NCBI GenBank assembly: GCA_045641865.1
Contig: JAZUHW010000002.1
Span: forward strand, 10,872 to 74,871
Length of the DNA stretch: 64,000 bases
Origin: Candidatus Nanosyncoccus sp.
Lineage (GTDB): Bacteria > Patescibacteriota > Saccharimonadia > Saccharimonadales > Saccharimonadaceae
Direction of reading: 5' to 3'
The number at the start of each line of letters is the position of its first letter. Position 1 is the first letter of the stretch. The notes below the pieces were generated by a model, which did no database searches, had not been told where the DNA came from, and saw nothing but the letters and a program-made list of their open reading frames with translations. Of this stretch, positions 53,322-62,731 are shown piece after piece. The translations under genes were made by a program, and so were the position numbers.

Positions 53322-53813
53322 TTATTCTATTTGTAAAATTTTACCAGTGCCTGGCTCAAGATGGAGTAGACGCTGGTTGCGTGAACCACGGAATTTAAGC
53401 GTGAGATCTTTTTCTTTTTGAATAAATGGGCCGTCAATCAAAGCATCTAGCGATTTGAGGAATTCCCAAGCAGCGCCACCGTGCTCTTTGATTTGCTCAT
53501 AAGTAAACCCGGAAAAAGACCAGACATTCCAGCCGAGTTCTTGACGACACCAATCGGCAATTTCTTTACAGGCTTCGGGCTGGACAAAAGGCTCGCCACC
53601 ACAAAAAGTGATACCAGCTTGGCCTTTCATCTCTGATAAACGCTGTTTTACTTCGTCAATTTCTACCAACATTCCCCCATTAAGATCCCAGGTTTCGGGG
53701 TTCTGACAACCTTTACAATGAGTCGGACAACCTTGCGTCCATAAGACCGCACGTAAACCATAGCCGTTCACGATGTTATCGTGCTCAAGCGGTCCTGAGA
53801 GACGAATTTGCAT
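53322..53813 (-). CDS. nrdG: anaerobic ribonucleotide reductase activating protein (radical SAM)
   Basis: 163-aa ORF with the CxxxCxxC cluster (CPTHCKGC). Follows nrdD. Confidence 0.88.
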   Translation of the reverse strand: MQIRLSGPLEHDNIVNGYGLRAVLWTQGCPTHCKGCQNPETWDLNGGMLVEIDEVKQRLSEMKGQAGITFCGGEPFVQPEACKEIADWCRQELGWNVWSFSGFTYEQIKEHGGAAWEFLKSLDALIDGPFIQKEKDLTLKFRGSRNQRLLHLEPGTGKILQIE

Positions 53814-56161
53814 TATCGTGTTCCTTGAGCAACTTTACGAGTACGTTTAGCAGCTTCGCGAGCTGACTTTTCGGCCTTGGTGTATACACCGTCAACATTG
53901 TGTTTGACGCGGGCACTTTCCTCGGCTTTTTTGGCATCGTTCCAGCGATCCAGTGTACCGACAAGATAACCAGTAATACGACGTAGACGCTCAAATGGCA
54001 CTTCACCGGCCTTTTCAACACGGCCACAAGACGGACAACGATTCCCTTCAATAATTCCCGAAAAACCGCAAACTGGATCGCGATCAACTGGATGATTAAC
54101 CGAGCCATAACCCACACCAGTATCATGCATTTTGCGAATTACAGCTTCAAAAGCTTCAATATTGTCGGACGGGTCGCCATCCAATTCAATATAAGTAATA
54201 TGACCAGCATTACAGAGCTCATGATAGGGTGCTTCGATTTCGATTTTCTCAAACGCCGAAATTGGGTAATACACTGGCACGTGGAATGAATTAGTGTAAA
54301 ATTCGCGGTCGTTAACACCTTTAATCTTGCCATATTCTTTACGATCCATACGAGTAAAGCGCCCAGCTAGGCCTTCGGCAGGTGTGGCTAACAGAGAGAA
54401 ATTGAGTTGATGTTTTTGAGACAAGTCATCGCAAACCTTGCGCATATGACCGATGATTTCGAGACCGAGCTTACGCGCCTCTTCTGATTCACCATGATGT
54501 TTACCAATCATCGCCACTAAAGTTTCGGCTAGGCCAATGAAGCCAATTGACAAAGTACCGTGCTTAATCACATCACGCAATTTATCATTAGGCCCAAGCT
54601 TGTCGCTACCAAGCCAGTTACCCTGCCCCATCAAGAACGGGAAGTTACGCACGTGTTGATTGGCCTGGAATTCAAAGCGTTCTAGCAATTCCCCAGCTAC
54701 GAGTTGCATTTTTTCGTCTAATTCTTTGTAAAAACCTTTCCAGTCGGCAGTTTTACGTTTCTTCAAACAAATACCGTGATTGATGCTAATACGCACCAAA
54801 TTAACAGTAGTAAACGACAAATTGCCACGACCGGTCACGATGCCGTCTGACTCTGGGAAAATACTGGCGAAAACGCGAGTACGACAGCCCATGGTAGCGA
54901 TTTCGGTACGAGGGTCGCCTTTTTTGTAATATTTAAGGTTATAAGGCGCATCAACGAAAACGAAATTCGGGAACAAACGCTTGGCCGAAACTTCCATCGA
55001 GCGACGGAACAAGTCGTAATTTGGGTCTTCGGGATTATAATTAACACCTTCTTTAACCTTAAAAATCGAAATCGGGAAAATTGGGGTTTCGCTATGACCA
55101 AGGCCACGCTCAGTAGCTTCAAGGAGATTTTTACTAACTAGACGGCCGGACGGTGAAGTATCGGTACCGAAATTAATAGAGGTAAATGGCACCTGGGCAC
55201 CAGCACGCGAATGCATGGTGTTAAGATTATGGATAAAGGCTTCCATGGCTTGGAGAGTTTCGTCCTCAACATCAGCATTGGAGACTTCAATGACTTTGGC
55301 TGGGATTTTGAGTTTTTTAAGGGCTTTTTCGTCGCCATAATGTAAATTATCTGGAATTTTAACTTTGATTTTCTTGTCTGTAAATTGGTTGTATTTTTCA
55401 ATGTTGTGTTTCAGAGCTTTGCGGAAAGATTTATCCACGCCCGGCGCCATCACATAATCAAAATTCGGGAAAGATTGACCGCCGTGTTGCTCATTTTGAT
55501 TGGCTTGGAGTACAATTGCGGCTAGAGCAGCATAGCTACGGATAGAATTTGGAGTACGCAAATGTCCGTGACCGGTGTTAAAACCACCGTTTTCAAACAA
55601 GACAGTCAAATCAGTCTGGCAACAAGTCAAAGTACCAGTAGCATAAAAATCGAGGTCGTGAATATGAATATCACCATTGTCATGTGCAAAAGCGTATTCT
55701 GGACTGAGCATCAAAGTCTTGGCAAAAACCTTAGAACCTTCAGCACCAAATTGGAGCATTTTGCCCATAGCGGAGTTGCCATCGACATTAGCATTGCTAC
55801 GCTTCACATCGGAATCTTCCGATGCATCGGCGTGTGAAATGGTACGATAAATTTTCATCAAATCAGATTTGGAAGTGCGAACGCGACTACGTTCTTGGCG
55901 ATATTCAATGTAAGCTTTGGCGGTCTTTTTAAAAGATGATTCCATTAAAATTTGCTCAACAACATCTTGGATTTGTTCAATGTCAGGGCGGCGTTTTTTG
56001 ATTGTGGCTTCGGCGCGTTGCACAACTTTATCAGAAAGTTGCTTAGCGCGATCTTCTTTGAACTCGCCCGTAGCGGCACCAGCCTTAGCGATCGCTTCGG
56101 TAATCTTTTGTTGGTTAAATTTGACGACTTTGCCGTCCCTTTTGACAATTTGTTTGAACAT
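53813..56161 (-). CDS. nrdD: anaerobic ribonucleoside-triphosphate reductase (class III)
   Basis: 782-aa ORF with an ATP-cone N-terminus, a C-terminal zinc ribbon (CPSCG) and the glycyl-radical motif RITGY. Confidence 0.92.
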   Translation of the reverse strand: MFKQIVKRDGKVVKFNQQKITEAIAKAGAATGEFKEDRAKQLSDKVVQRAEATIKKRRPDIEQIQDVVEQILMESSFKKTAKAYIEYRQERSRVRTSKSDLMKIYRTISHADASEDSDVKRSNANVDGNSAMGKMLQFGAEGSKVFAKTLMLSPEYAFAHDNGDIHIHDLDFYATGTLTCCQTDLTVLFENGGFNTGHGHLRTPNSIRSYAALAAIVLQANQNEQHGGQSFPNFDYVMAPGVDKSFRKALKHNIEKYNQFTDKKIKVKIPDNLHYGDEKALKKLKIPAKVIEVSNADVEDETLQAMEAFIHNLNTMHSRAGAQVPFTSINFGTDTSPSGRLVSKNLLEATERGLGHSETPIFPISIFKVKEGVNYNPEDPNYDLFRRSMEVSAKRLFPNFVFVDAPYNLKYYKKGDPRTEIATMGCRTRVFASIFPESDGIVTGRGNLSFTTVNLVRISINHGICLKKRKTADWKGFYKELDEKMQLVAGELLERFEFQANQHVRNFPFLMGQGNWLGSDKLGPNDKLRDVIKHGTLSIGFIGLAETLVAMIGKHHGESEEARKLGLEIIGHMRKVCDDLSQKHQLNFSLLATPAEGLAGRFTRMDRKEYGKIKGVNDREFYTNSFHVPVYYPISAFEKIEIEAPYHELCNAGHITYIELDGDPSDNIEAFEAVIRKMHDTGVGYGSVNHPVDRDPVCGFSGIIEGNRCPSCGRVEKAGEVPFERLRRITGYLVGTLDRWNDAKKAEESARVKHNVDGVYTKAEKSAREAAKRTRKVAQGTR

Positions 56162-56190
56162 ATTCCATGACCTCCTTATGTTCTTGTTTG

Positions 56191-56243
56191 TTCTATATTT
56201 AGTGTCTAAATAGCATTGTACACCACTATATATAGTGTGTCAA
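56191..56243 (-). promoter_or_regulatory. nrdD promoter (TTGACA - 17 nt - TACAAT) with two NrdR-box-like palindromes
   Basis: Box 2 (CACTATATATAGTG, 56224-56237) is a perfect 14-bp palindrome filling the -35/-10 spacer. Box 1 (TTCTATATTTAGTG, 56191-56204) lies 33 bp away, centre to centre. Confidence 0.6.
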
Positions 56244-56285
56244 TAGTTTTTATGCTATTTTTTGTTGTAATTTTTACAATTTTGG

Positions 56286-59111
56286 TTATGCTACCTGTGT
56301 GCGAGTGCGGAGGTCTGCATAAATCACATAATGTTGTGCTAAATTGGTGGAATTTTGGATGGGGTTATCGTGGTTAATGTTGGCGATGACGCTGTCGGAC
56401 GAAAAATCATAGGCCTCGTCTTGCTGATCGTCCAGCACTGGACCGAGATCAGACGGGTCATAGTTGGCAATAAACTCATATTCTTCCAGCAACGCCAGAG
56501 TATCTACAACCTGGTCTTTAGTGAGTCCAGATAAACGAGCTAATTGAGCCTCATGGGACTGATCAGCCATCATAGTCTCACGATATTTATCACCAATTGC
56601 TAAAAGATGCGATGCTCCTTCTTCAGTATTTTCACCGATTGCTTCTGTATCAGTCAAAAGTCTTTGATCCTCGCTAAAACGTTGGTAATATTTCCCTTCT
56701 GTTTGCCAAAAGCTTCCCGCTTCATCCGTTGCAATGCAATTTTGGCCGCTGATCCAGCCTTGATTTGCTGTCTCTTGGATAGCATTAGTTACATCGGCTA
56801 AGCCTCCAATTATAGGGATAGCACCGATGCCAGCATCTACTTGATCAACACCCGTACCGTCAAAATGGGAAGCGATACTGGCATCCGCAATCCCATATAA
56901 AGATTCCCGATTTCCACAGAATTTTTGGAATTTTGCTAAATTTGAATTTTCTTTGACTTTTGGATTTAGAGTGTCAATCGAGCCTTCAAAATTATCATCT
57001 AAACTAGCAATCGTTTGGATAAGCCAATCTTCATCATAATCTAATGTATCAGTGTCAGTCGTATAATACGGATTACAGAAAGCATCTCCTACGCCACCGA
57101 CCGATTCAAGATAAGGGCAGCTACCTTCATATTGGTTAAGATCCGTTGTCGCTATGGCAGCTGTGGTAGGTGATAAATTCGCTATTGAAGTTAATACCAT
57201 CGCATTTGTTTGTGTAAATAAGGCTGGCCACGCACTAGAGATAGTAGCTAATCTTGGAAAGATGGTAAACGCTAAACTTCCCAAAAAAGTATATCTACTA
57301 GAAGTATCAAACGGGCTGAGTGTGGCACGATCAAAATCTGCCTGCTCAGCTAAGGCTATTTGCTGTTGCTGTCTAAAGGCTATTACTTTAGCTTTTGTCC
57401 CTGGCCCCCCTCCACTACCTTGATGGTTTTTACTCATCATTTCCGTAGCACCAGAAGCGACAGCGTTACCCAGGTCTTCGCCTACTACATCGGTAGCAAG
57501 ATTTCTAATAAAAAGACCCGCGGCCCAAGGAATCATAATATCTAAAGCTTGAGCTACGAGTGCTTGTACACCCACACTCCCAATAATTTTTATGAAAATT
57601 TTTACCCCTTCAGTAATGCCAAATGATGGTATAGCTAGAGCATCTAAAACGATATCGCCCACTCCTGACACAGCTCTAGCATAAGTACAATTACGAAACG
57701 CTTCTGCCGAAAAAACAAGTGAAATCCCACCGATTTGCACCATATTGGTTAAACTCTCAATGTTGGCCGAAAGTGTACTCTTGTCCTGTGGTCCTGGTCC
57801 TGATGTATTATTAAAAAGAGACGACATCCCTGTAGATTCCATCGCGCTATTAATCCTATTCCCTTGATTATCTATGCTCGATTCCGTCATTTGTTGATTT
57901 AAATAGTGCATTGGGCTTTGCGATCCTTCTCCAGCCTGAACCTTTTGGACCGATTCTAAATAAGCTCCCGCCACGTTCATCATTTCTATCATTTGTTGCG
58001 CTGCGACTAAGGCAGAAATTGTACCAGCAGCCTGCATTACTCCGCAAACCACTTGTGATGCTCCAGTGGCAGCACCTGCGGCCTTTTCAGCCCTCGCCCG
58101 CATTTTTTTGCCCACGGTATCAACGTCGTCTCCTGTTTTTATTTTGTTATCCTGTGAATCTGTCTGTTCTTCTAAATCGCCATCCTTATTACGTTCATTA
58201 TAGGACATATCACCATCTTGGACCTTTTTCTTTGTTGCTGTCTTCTCTTGAATAGATTTCTTATTAGCTTCTATATCACCAGTATCCTCATAATCACTAT
58301 AATGGCTACGGATATTGCTTAACCCTAAAACTTTAAAAATTTTTGTCGTCATGCTGTCATACCATCCGCTATTTTGCCCCCTCCATTTTTGACTAGCCGC
58401 ATAAAATTTATTTTTAAAAACCTCATTGCTATTGATAAGATTACGTAATGATTTTGTGTCGCCGTCAAGTTCGGCATTTTTTTTCACTGTTTTCCCGTCG
58501 ATTTCCTCATCCCAACTCAACAACAATTTACCTTTTTGAGAATCATCCACTTCAAAACCTTGTTTTTTAAGAGCTTCAATTTGTTTTGGAGATACTTTAT
58601 TTTTTGCAATCAATTTTGAAAAAAGTGGAGCATATCGCCCATTGTTGGACACACCCATAGTATTAAACTCTTCCGTTAAGCGATTTGCAATTGCAAATGG
58701 CATGGCGGTCTGGGACCCTAACATCAAGCCGCCACCACCTAATAACAATAATGCAATCAGTAATCCAACCGGTCCACCTTTTTTCCAGGCTGCCTTTAAA
58801 TTACGTGGGCTATTTAATTTGCCACTAAATTTACTTGTATCTTTACCCTTCCCCCTGAAAAACCCGCCTTTTTTGTCATCTTTATCTTTGCCAACATTGT
58901 TTTTAAAAGAAGACCCGGGTTCTTTTTCGCGATCTTTGGTAGCCCTGGTGCTATCGTCCCGACCGGAAGTGCCAGAGCCACCATGCGATTTAGTCGCACC
59001 CTTCTCGGCACCAGCTAACTTCGTAGCAGCATCAATCGTCTGGCTCATTTTATCTGCAGCGATTTGGCCAGCACGATTAAAAAATTTCTCTTTATCCCCA
59101 TCCGATTCCAT
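56286..59111 (-). CDS. large membrane protein of unknown function (941 aa)
   Basis: Disordered Lys/Gly/Asp-rich N-terminus, a TM at about residues 115-135, and several further hydrophobic segments. A TACAAT box lies 7 nt before the ATG. Confidence 0.6.
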   Translation of the reverse strand: MESDGDKEKFFNRAGQIAADKMSQTIDAATKLAGAEKGATKSHGGSGTSGRDDSTRATKDREKEPGSSFKNNVGKDKDDKKGGFFRGKGKDTSKFSGKLNSPRNLKAAWKKGGPVGLLIALLLLGGGGLMLGSQTAMPFAIANRLTEEFNTMGVSNNGRYAPLFSKLIAKNKVSPKQIEALKKQGFEVDDSQKGKLLLSWDEEIDGKTVKKNAELDGDTKSLRNLINSNEVFKNKFYAASQKWRGQNSGWYDSMTTKIFKVLGLSNIRSHYSDYEDTGDIEANKKSIQEKTATKKKVQDGDMSYNERNKDGDLEEQTDSQDNKIKTGDDVDTVGKKMRARAEKAAGAATGASQVVCGVMQAAGTISALVAAQQMIEMMNVAGAYLESVQKVQAGEGSQSPMHYLNQQMTESSIDNQGNRINSAMESTGMSSLFNNTSGPGPQDKSTLSANIESLTNMVQIGGISLVFSAEAFRNCTYARAVSGVGDIVLDALAIPSFGITEGVKIFIKIIGSVGVQALVAQALDIMIPWAAGLFIRNLATDVVGEDLGNAVASGATEMMSKNHQGSGGGPGTKAKVIAFRQQQQIALAEQADFDRATLSPFDTSSRYTFLGSLAFTIFPRLATISSAWPALFTQTNAMVLTSIANLSPTTAAIATTDLNQYEGSCPYLESVGGVGDAFCNPYYTTDTDTLDYDEDWLIQTIASLDDNFEGSIDTLNPKVKENSNLAKFQKFCGNRESLYGIADASIASHFDGTGVDQVDAGIGAIPIIGGLADVTNAIQETANQGWISGQNCIATDEAGSFWQTEGKYYQRFSEDQRLLTDTEAIGENTEEGASHLLAIGDKYRETMMADQSHEAQLARLSGLTKDQVVDTLALLEEYEFIANYDPSDLGPVLDDQQDEAYDFSSDSVIANINHDNPIQNSTNLAQHYVIYADLRTRTQVA

Positions 59112-59161
59112 TATCTATATTGTATATGCTTTTCCTGAAAAAATCAAATTATTCATTAACG

Positions 59162-59170
59162 TGATATAAT
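59162..59170 (+). promoter_or_regulatory. extended -10 box TGATATAAT, 6 nt upstream of ATG 59177 (leaderless layout)
   Basis: The sequence reads TGATATAAT-gaccac-ATG. Confidence 0.55.
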
Positions 59171-59176
59171 GACCAC

Positions 59177-59968
59177 ATGGAACAAATTCAAGCTTTTCTA
59201 ACGAGCGAAAACTTTTTCTGGTCAATTATAGTAATTTTGACCGGTTTATTAATTTATCTAATCGTCATGCGTATTATCAATGCCATGCTAAAGCGACGCG
59301 TCAAACATGTCCGCATCGCCCGTCGTCGTACGACTTATCTTAAGATGGCGCGTAGTCTAGTGCGCTGGTTGATGATAATTATTATAATTCTAGCCCTACT
59401 CCAAGTTAATGGTGTTAATATAACTTCTCTATTGGCTGGCCTCGGTATCGGGGCTATCATCGCTGGCCTTGCACTACAAGATGCATTCAAAGATATTATC
59501 ATGGGCTTTAATCTGATTGTTGATGACTATTTTGCCGTTGGTGATGTCGTAGAATACAACAAACATCGAGGTGTGGTTTTGGAACTTGCCCTCAAGGTCA
59601 CCAAAATTCGCAGTATCAAAGACGGTGGTATTTATACTATTGCCAATCGTAATATTACCGAAGCCTACGTAGTTTCACGCCAACTTGATTTAGACTTACC
59701 AATTGCTTATGAACATAAAACTGCCGATGTAGAGGTGGCCCTGACTGAGGCAATGAAAGAAATGTCTAAAATCCCCGAAATTGAAAGTGTCGAGTATAAA
59801 GGCCTTAATGAATTTGATGAATCAGCTATCAATTACAAATTACGTTTAATGGTGAAACCCGAATTACAGGATCAGGCCCGCCGTGACGCGAACCGTATCA
59901 TTAAAGAGACCTTTGAAAAACACAAGATTTCAATTCCTTATCCGCAAGTTACTATCCATAAAGCCTAG
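59177..59968 (+). CDS. small-conductance mechanosensitive channel (MscS family)
   Basis: 263-aa ORF with 3 TM segments followed by an MscS beta-domain pattern. Confidence 0.75.
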   Translation: MEQIQAFLTSENFFWSIIVILTGLLIYLIVMRIINAMLKRRVKHVRIARRRTTYLKMARSLVRWLMIIIIILALLQVNGVNITSLLAGLGIGAIIAGLALQDAFKDIIMGFNLIVDDYFAVGDVVEYNKHRGVVLELALKVTKIRSIKDGGIYTIANRNITEAYVVSRQLDLDLPIAYEHKTADVEVALTEAMKEMSKIPEIESVEYKGLNEFDESAINYKLRLMVKPELQDQARRDANRIIKETFEKHKISIPYPQVTIHKA

Positions 59969-61926
59969 GCGCCGGTATTTGGTACGCCAAGATGGGGATA
60001 AACCGTAGTTTCGTTTGATATGCCTTTAACACCATTAACCGAATATGGCACTAGTTTAATAGTGGTGGCACGATCTACGTCATGTAAGGTGAAGCTGTTA
60101 CCATCGGCACGACCCACGATATTATCGTCTACCACGACCAACGTCATACCAGTATTGTTCGAAGTTGCAAATTTAATTTCATAGGTGGAATTACCAAGTT
60201 CCTGTGCATCTAAACTAGTAATACCGGCCAGCGCTTCGGGATTTTGCACAATTACTTCGGCCGACATTGTCGAAACAAAACCTTGCTTATCTACAACTTT
60301 CACTTGCATAAAACCAGAAGTGGCGTTGGGATAAGTTGCTTCAATGATTGGTGTATTAGTGAAACGCTCAAAATTACCGTCAAAATCTAGGTCCCATTCA
60401 TAATGGTCAATGGTATTAAAAGCTACTGATTCGGAAGCGTCAAAGGTAAATGTATCGCCTGGTGCACCAATGTATTGCGGTAGCGGCAAAATCGCGATTG
60501 GACGATTTGTTAAATAATCCGCCACTTTGTCGAGTTCATTATCGGCATCAAAGAAATGACCAGAGGTAGCAGCCGTCAAATCGGCATAAGTATTTTGCAA
60601 CCAGCCAGGCGCTACCGTATAAATATTAATCGGGTCAATTTCTAGAGATTTCTTTGTCACATCAGCCAAAGTCGTGCCATCTTGGTCAGTCAAATGGTAA
60701 CCCGCATCAGTCAAAAGCACAATTGACTTAGTCGCGCCCTCTTGCCATTTTAAAGTGTTCATGGTGTGCAAAAGCGCCCCGAGCGCCGATTCGTCGAGGT
60801 CATCACCCTTATCGGTTTTGATTTTATCTAACTCTTGCACAAATTCATCATAGCTACAACCAAAATTACAATGTTTAATGGTAGAATCTGGGTTTTCATA
60901 AAGATCACGATATTCATACAAAGCGATACGACCACCTTTTTCTAAGGTTTGCTTAGCTAAACGCTTGGCTTCGGCTTTATAACTACTAATGAGTGACGAC
61001 ATCGAACCAGTCGAATCAATTAAAATCGCTGTATCTTGTGTGGTCACATCTGTACGTGTACGAATAATTACTCCACTTTGGGGAAAAGCCGCCGCAATTT
61101 TATTACTGATGAAGACCGCCGCATTGTAATAAAGGTTTTGCGTAGTATAAGAAGTATGGCCACCTAGCAAATTAAACATATTCACCGTTGCACCGCACAT
61201 AATATCTTCGTGATTACACCAAGCACCAACCTTATCAATCAGGGTAGTTTTGCGATAGGGGTTATAGCCATCTAGAATTCCCTGCTCGGTATGACAATCT
61301 GGCACGTAGGCACGATAATCAGATAGATTTTTGCCTTGGCAGGCCTCTGGATTCCAGCCTGAACCCTCTGGCAGATAAAGCTTTGGATCGCCAAAAGTCG
61401 CCGCATAGATAATTTGATTAGCATTTAAACTTTGGAGCGCCTTTGTAACTACCATCCCACCTTGGGAATAGCCACCCAATACAAATTTTGTTTGCGGACA
61501 AGCTAAAGTCGTTTTGCGCATATAAGCCTCTAGTTCATTCACGCCTTGATTAACGCTCTCGCCAAAGGCATAAGATTCACCAGCACTAACTTTAGCGCCA
61601 ATTAAATCAAACATCGCTTCCAAACTGCCGCCAACGGCAATTGCTGGATACTGGAAACCATCTTGACTAGCAGTGCCAAGTTCATAAAAACTATATTTAA
61701 GATTTGAGCCTTCTAGGTTCGCCGCAATATTTGATCTCCAGGCTTGATTGCTGACATCGTTCAAATGCTCACCTGATCCGCGTGCAAAAACGATTTTGAC
61801 ATCGTCGCAGCCAATTGCCTGTGCCGGCGTCGGTGTGATTAGGGGCGTCAAGCACGCCGTCAACGCCAACAAAACTGCCAGCACTGCATACGGTAATTTA
61901 ATTTTAATATGTCGAATTTTTACCAT
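59965..61926 (-). CDS. secreted multidomain protein: cutinase-like serine esterase + vWA + PKD-like domain
   Basis: Start moved to MVKIRHIK (SD GGAGGT). Signal peptide ends AQA. Has GYSQGG, a vWA MIDAS-like motif (DSTGSMS) and a PKD-like FTFDASES...WDLDFDG. Ends ...HLGVPNTGA. Confidence 0.65.
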   Translation of the reverse strand: MVKIRHIKIKLPYAVLAVLLALTACLTPLITPTPAQAIGCDDVKIVFARGSGEHLNDVSNQAWRSNIAANLEGSNLKYSFYELGTASQDGFQYPAIAVGGSLEAMFDLIGAKVSAGESYAFGESVNQGVNELEAYMRKTTLACPQTKFVLGGYSQGGMVVTKALQSLNANQIIYAATFGDPKLYLPEGSGWNPEACQGKNLSDYRAYVPDCHTEQGILDGYNPYRKTTLIDKVGAWCNHEDIMCGATVNMFNLLGGHTSYTTQNLYYNAAVFISNKIAAAFPQSGVIIRTRTDVTTQDTAILIDSTGSMSSLISSYKAEAKRLAKQTLEKGGRIALYEYRDLYENPDSTIKHCNFGCSYDEFVQELDKIKTDKGDDLDESALGALLHTMNTLKWQEGATKSIVLLTDAGYHLTDQDGTTLADVTKKSLEIDPINIYTVAPGWLQNTYADLTAATSGHFFDADNELDKVADYLTNRPIAILPLPQYIGAPGDTFTFDASESVAFNTIDHYEWDLDFDGNFERFTNTPIIEATYPNATSGFMQVKVVDKQGFVSTMSAEVIVQNPEALAGITSLDAQELGNSTYEIKFATSNNTGMTLVVVDDNIVGRADGNSFTLHDVDRATTIKLVPYSVNGVKGISNETTVYPHLGVPNTGA

Positions 61927-62018
61927 AAAGACCTCCGATTTGTTAATTTTGCTCGCAGTATAACAAATCATTGGCCCCTAATGCGACCATAAGCATATTT
62001 GATTTTTTCGCTAAAATA

Positions 62019-62666
62019 TTACCAAATAATAGGGGTAAGACCGTTTTGCTCTAAAAAGTCATTAGTTTTACTAAAATGTTTACAACCAAAAAAGCCGTAA
62101 TGCGCCGACAAAGGCGATGGATGTGGCGCCTCCAAAACCAGATGTTTGTTTGTGTCAATCAGAGGTTTTTTACTGCGTGCGTCACGACCCCAGAGCAAAA
62201 ACACCAAATGATCACACTCCTGATTAAGGTATTTAATTACGGCCTCAGTAAAAATCTCCCAACCTTTGCCATGATGCGAGCGAGCTTTGTGCGCCTCCAC
62301 CGTCAAAACTGTGTTCAAAAGCAGTACCCCTTGTTTTTGCCAACTTGACAAATCGCCTGTTTTATTATGATGCTCCCCTATATCACTATCAATTTCTTTG
62401 TAAATATTAACTAGTGACGGGGGTATTGGCTGGCTAGCTGGAGTTGAAAAAGCGAGGCCATGTGCTACTCCTGGCGTATGATATGGATCTTGCCCCAGAA
62501 TCACCACTTTAGCCTTTTTTAAATCGGTTGTAAACGCTCGAAATACCTGGGTTTTAGGTGGAAAAATCGTTTTATTCTCATATTCCTGATGCAAAAATTT
62601 ACTTAGTTCCTTAAAATAAGGCTTCGCAAATTCCGAATCCAAAAACGCTTTCCAACTTTTATCCAT
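62019..62666 (-). CDS. ung: uracil-DNA glycosylase
   Basis: GQDPYH and HPSPLS motifs. Start placed at MDKSWKAF (ATG 62666) because GGTATAAT lies 6 nt upstream. Confidence 0.9.
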   Translation of the reverse strand: MDKSWKAFLDSEFAKPYFKELSKFLHQEYENKTIFPPKTQVFRAFTTDLKKAKVVILGQDPYHTPGVAHGLAFSTPASQPIPPSLVNIYKEIDSDIGEHHNKTGDLSSWQKQGVLLLNTVLTVEAHKARSHHGKGWEIFTEAVIKYLNQECDHLVFLLWGRDARSKKPLIDTNKHLVLEAPHPSPLSAHYGFFGCKHFSKTNDFLEQNGLTPIIW

Positions 62667-62672
62667 AGTTTT

Positions 62673-62680
62673 ATTATACC
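62673..62680 (-). promoter_or_regulatory. -10 box GGTATAAT, 6 nt upstream of the ung ATG (leaderless layout)
   Basis: The reverse complement reads GGTATAAT-aaaact-ATG. Confidence 0.5.
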
Positions 62681-62731
62681 GCAAAAATTCTCCCCTAATG
62701 CGGGGAGAATTTTCGGTTAGACTTTAAAAGT

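Noticed and set aside
59965-59985. VPNTGA C-terminus as a confirmed sortase sorting signal
   Set aside because: It lacks the hydrophobic segment and positively charged tail of canonical cell-wall sorting signals. I kept it only as a low-confidence note within the envelope-protein finding.
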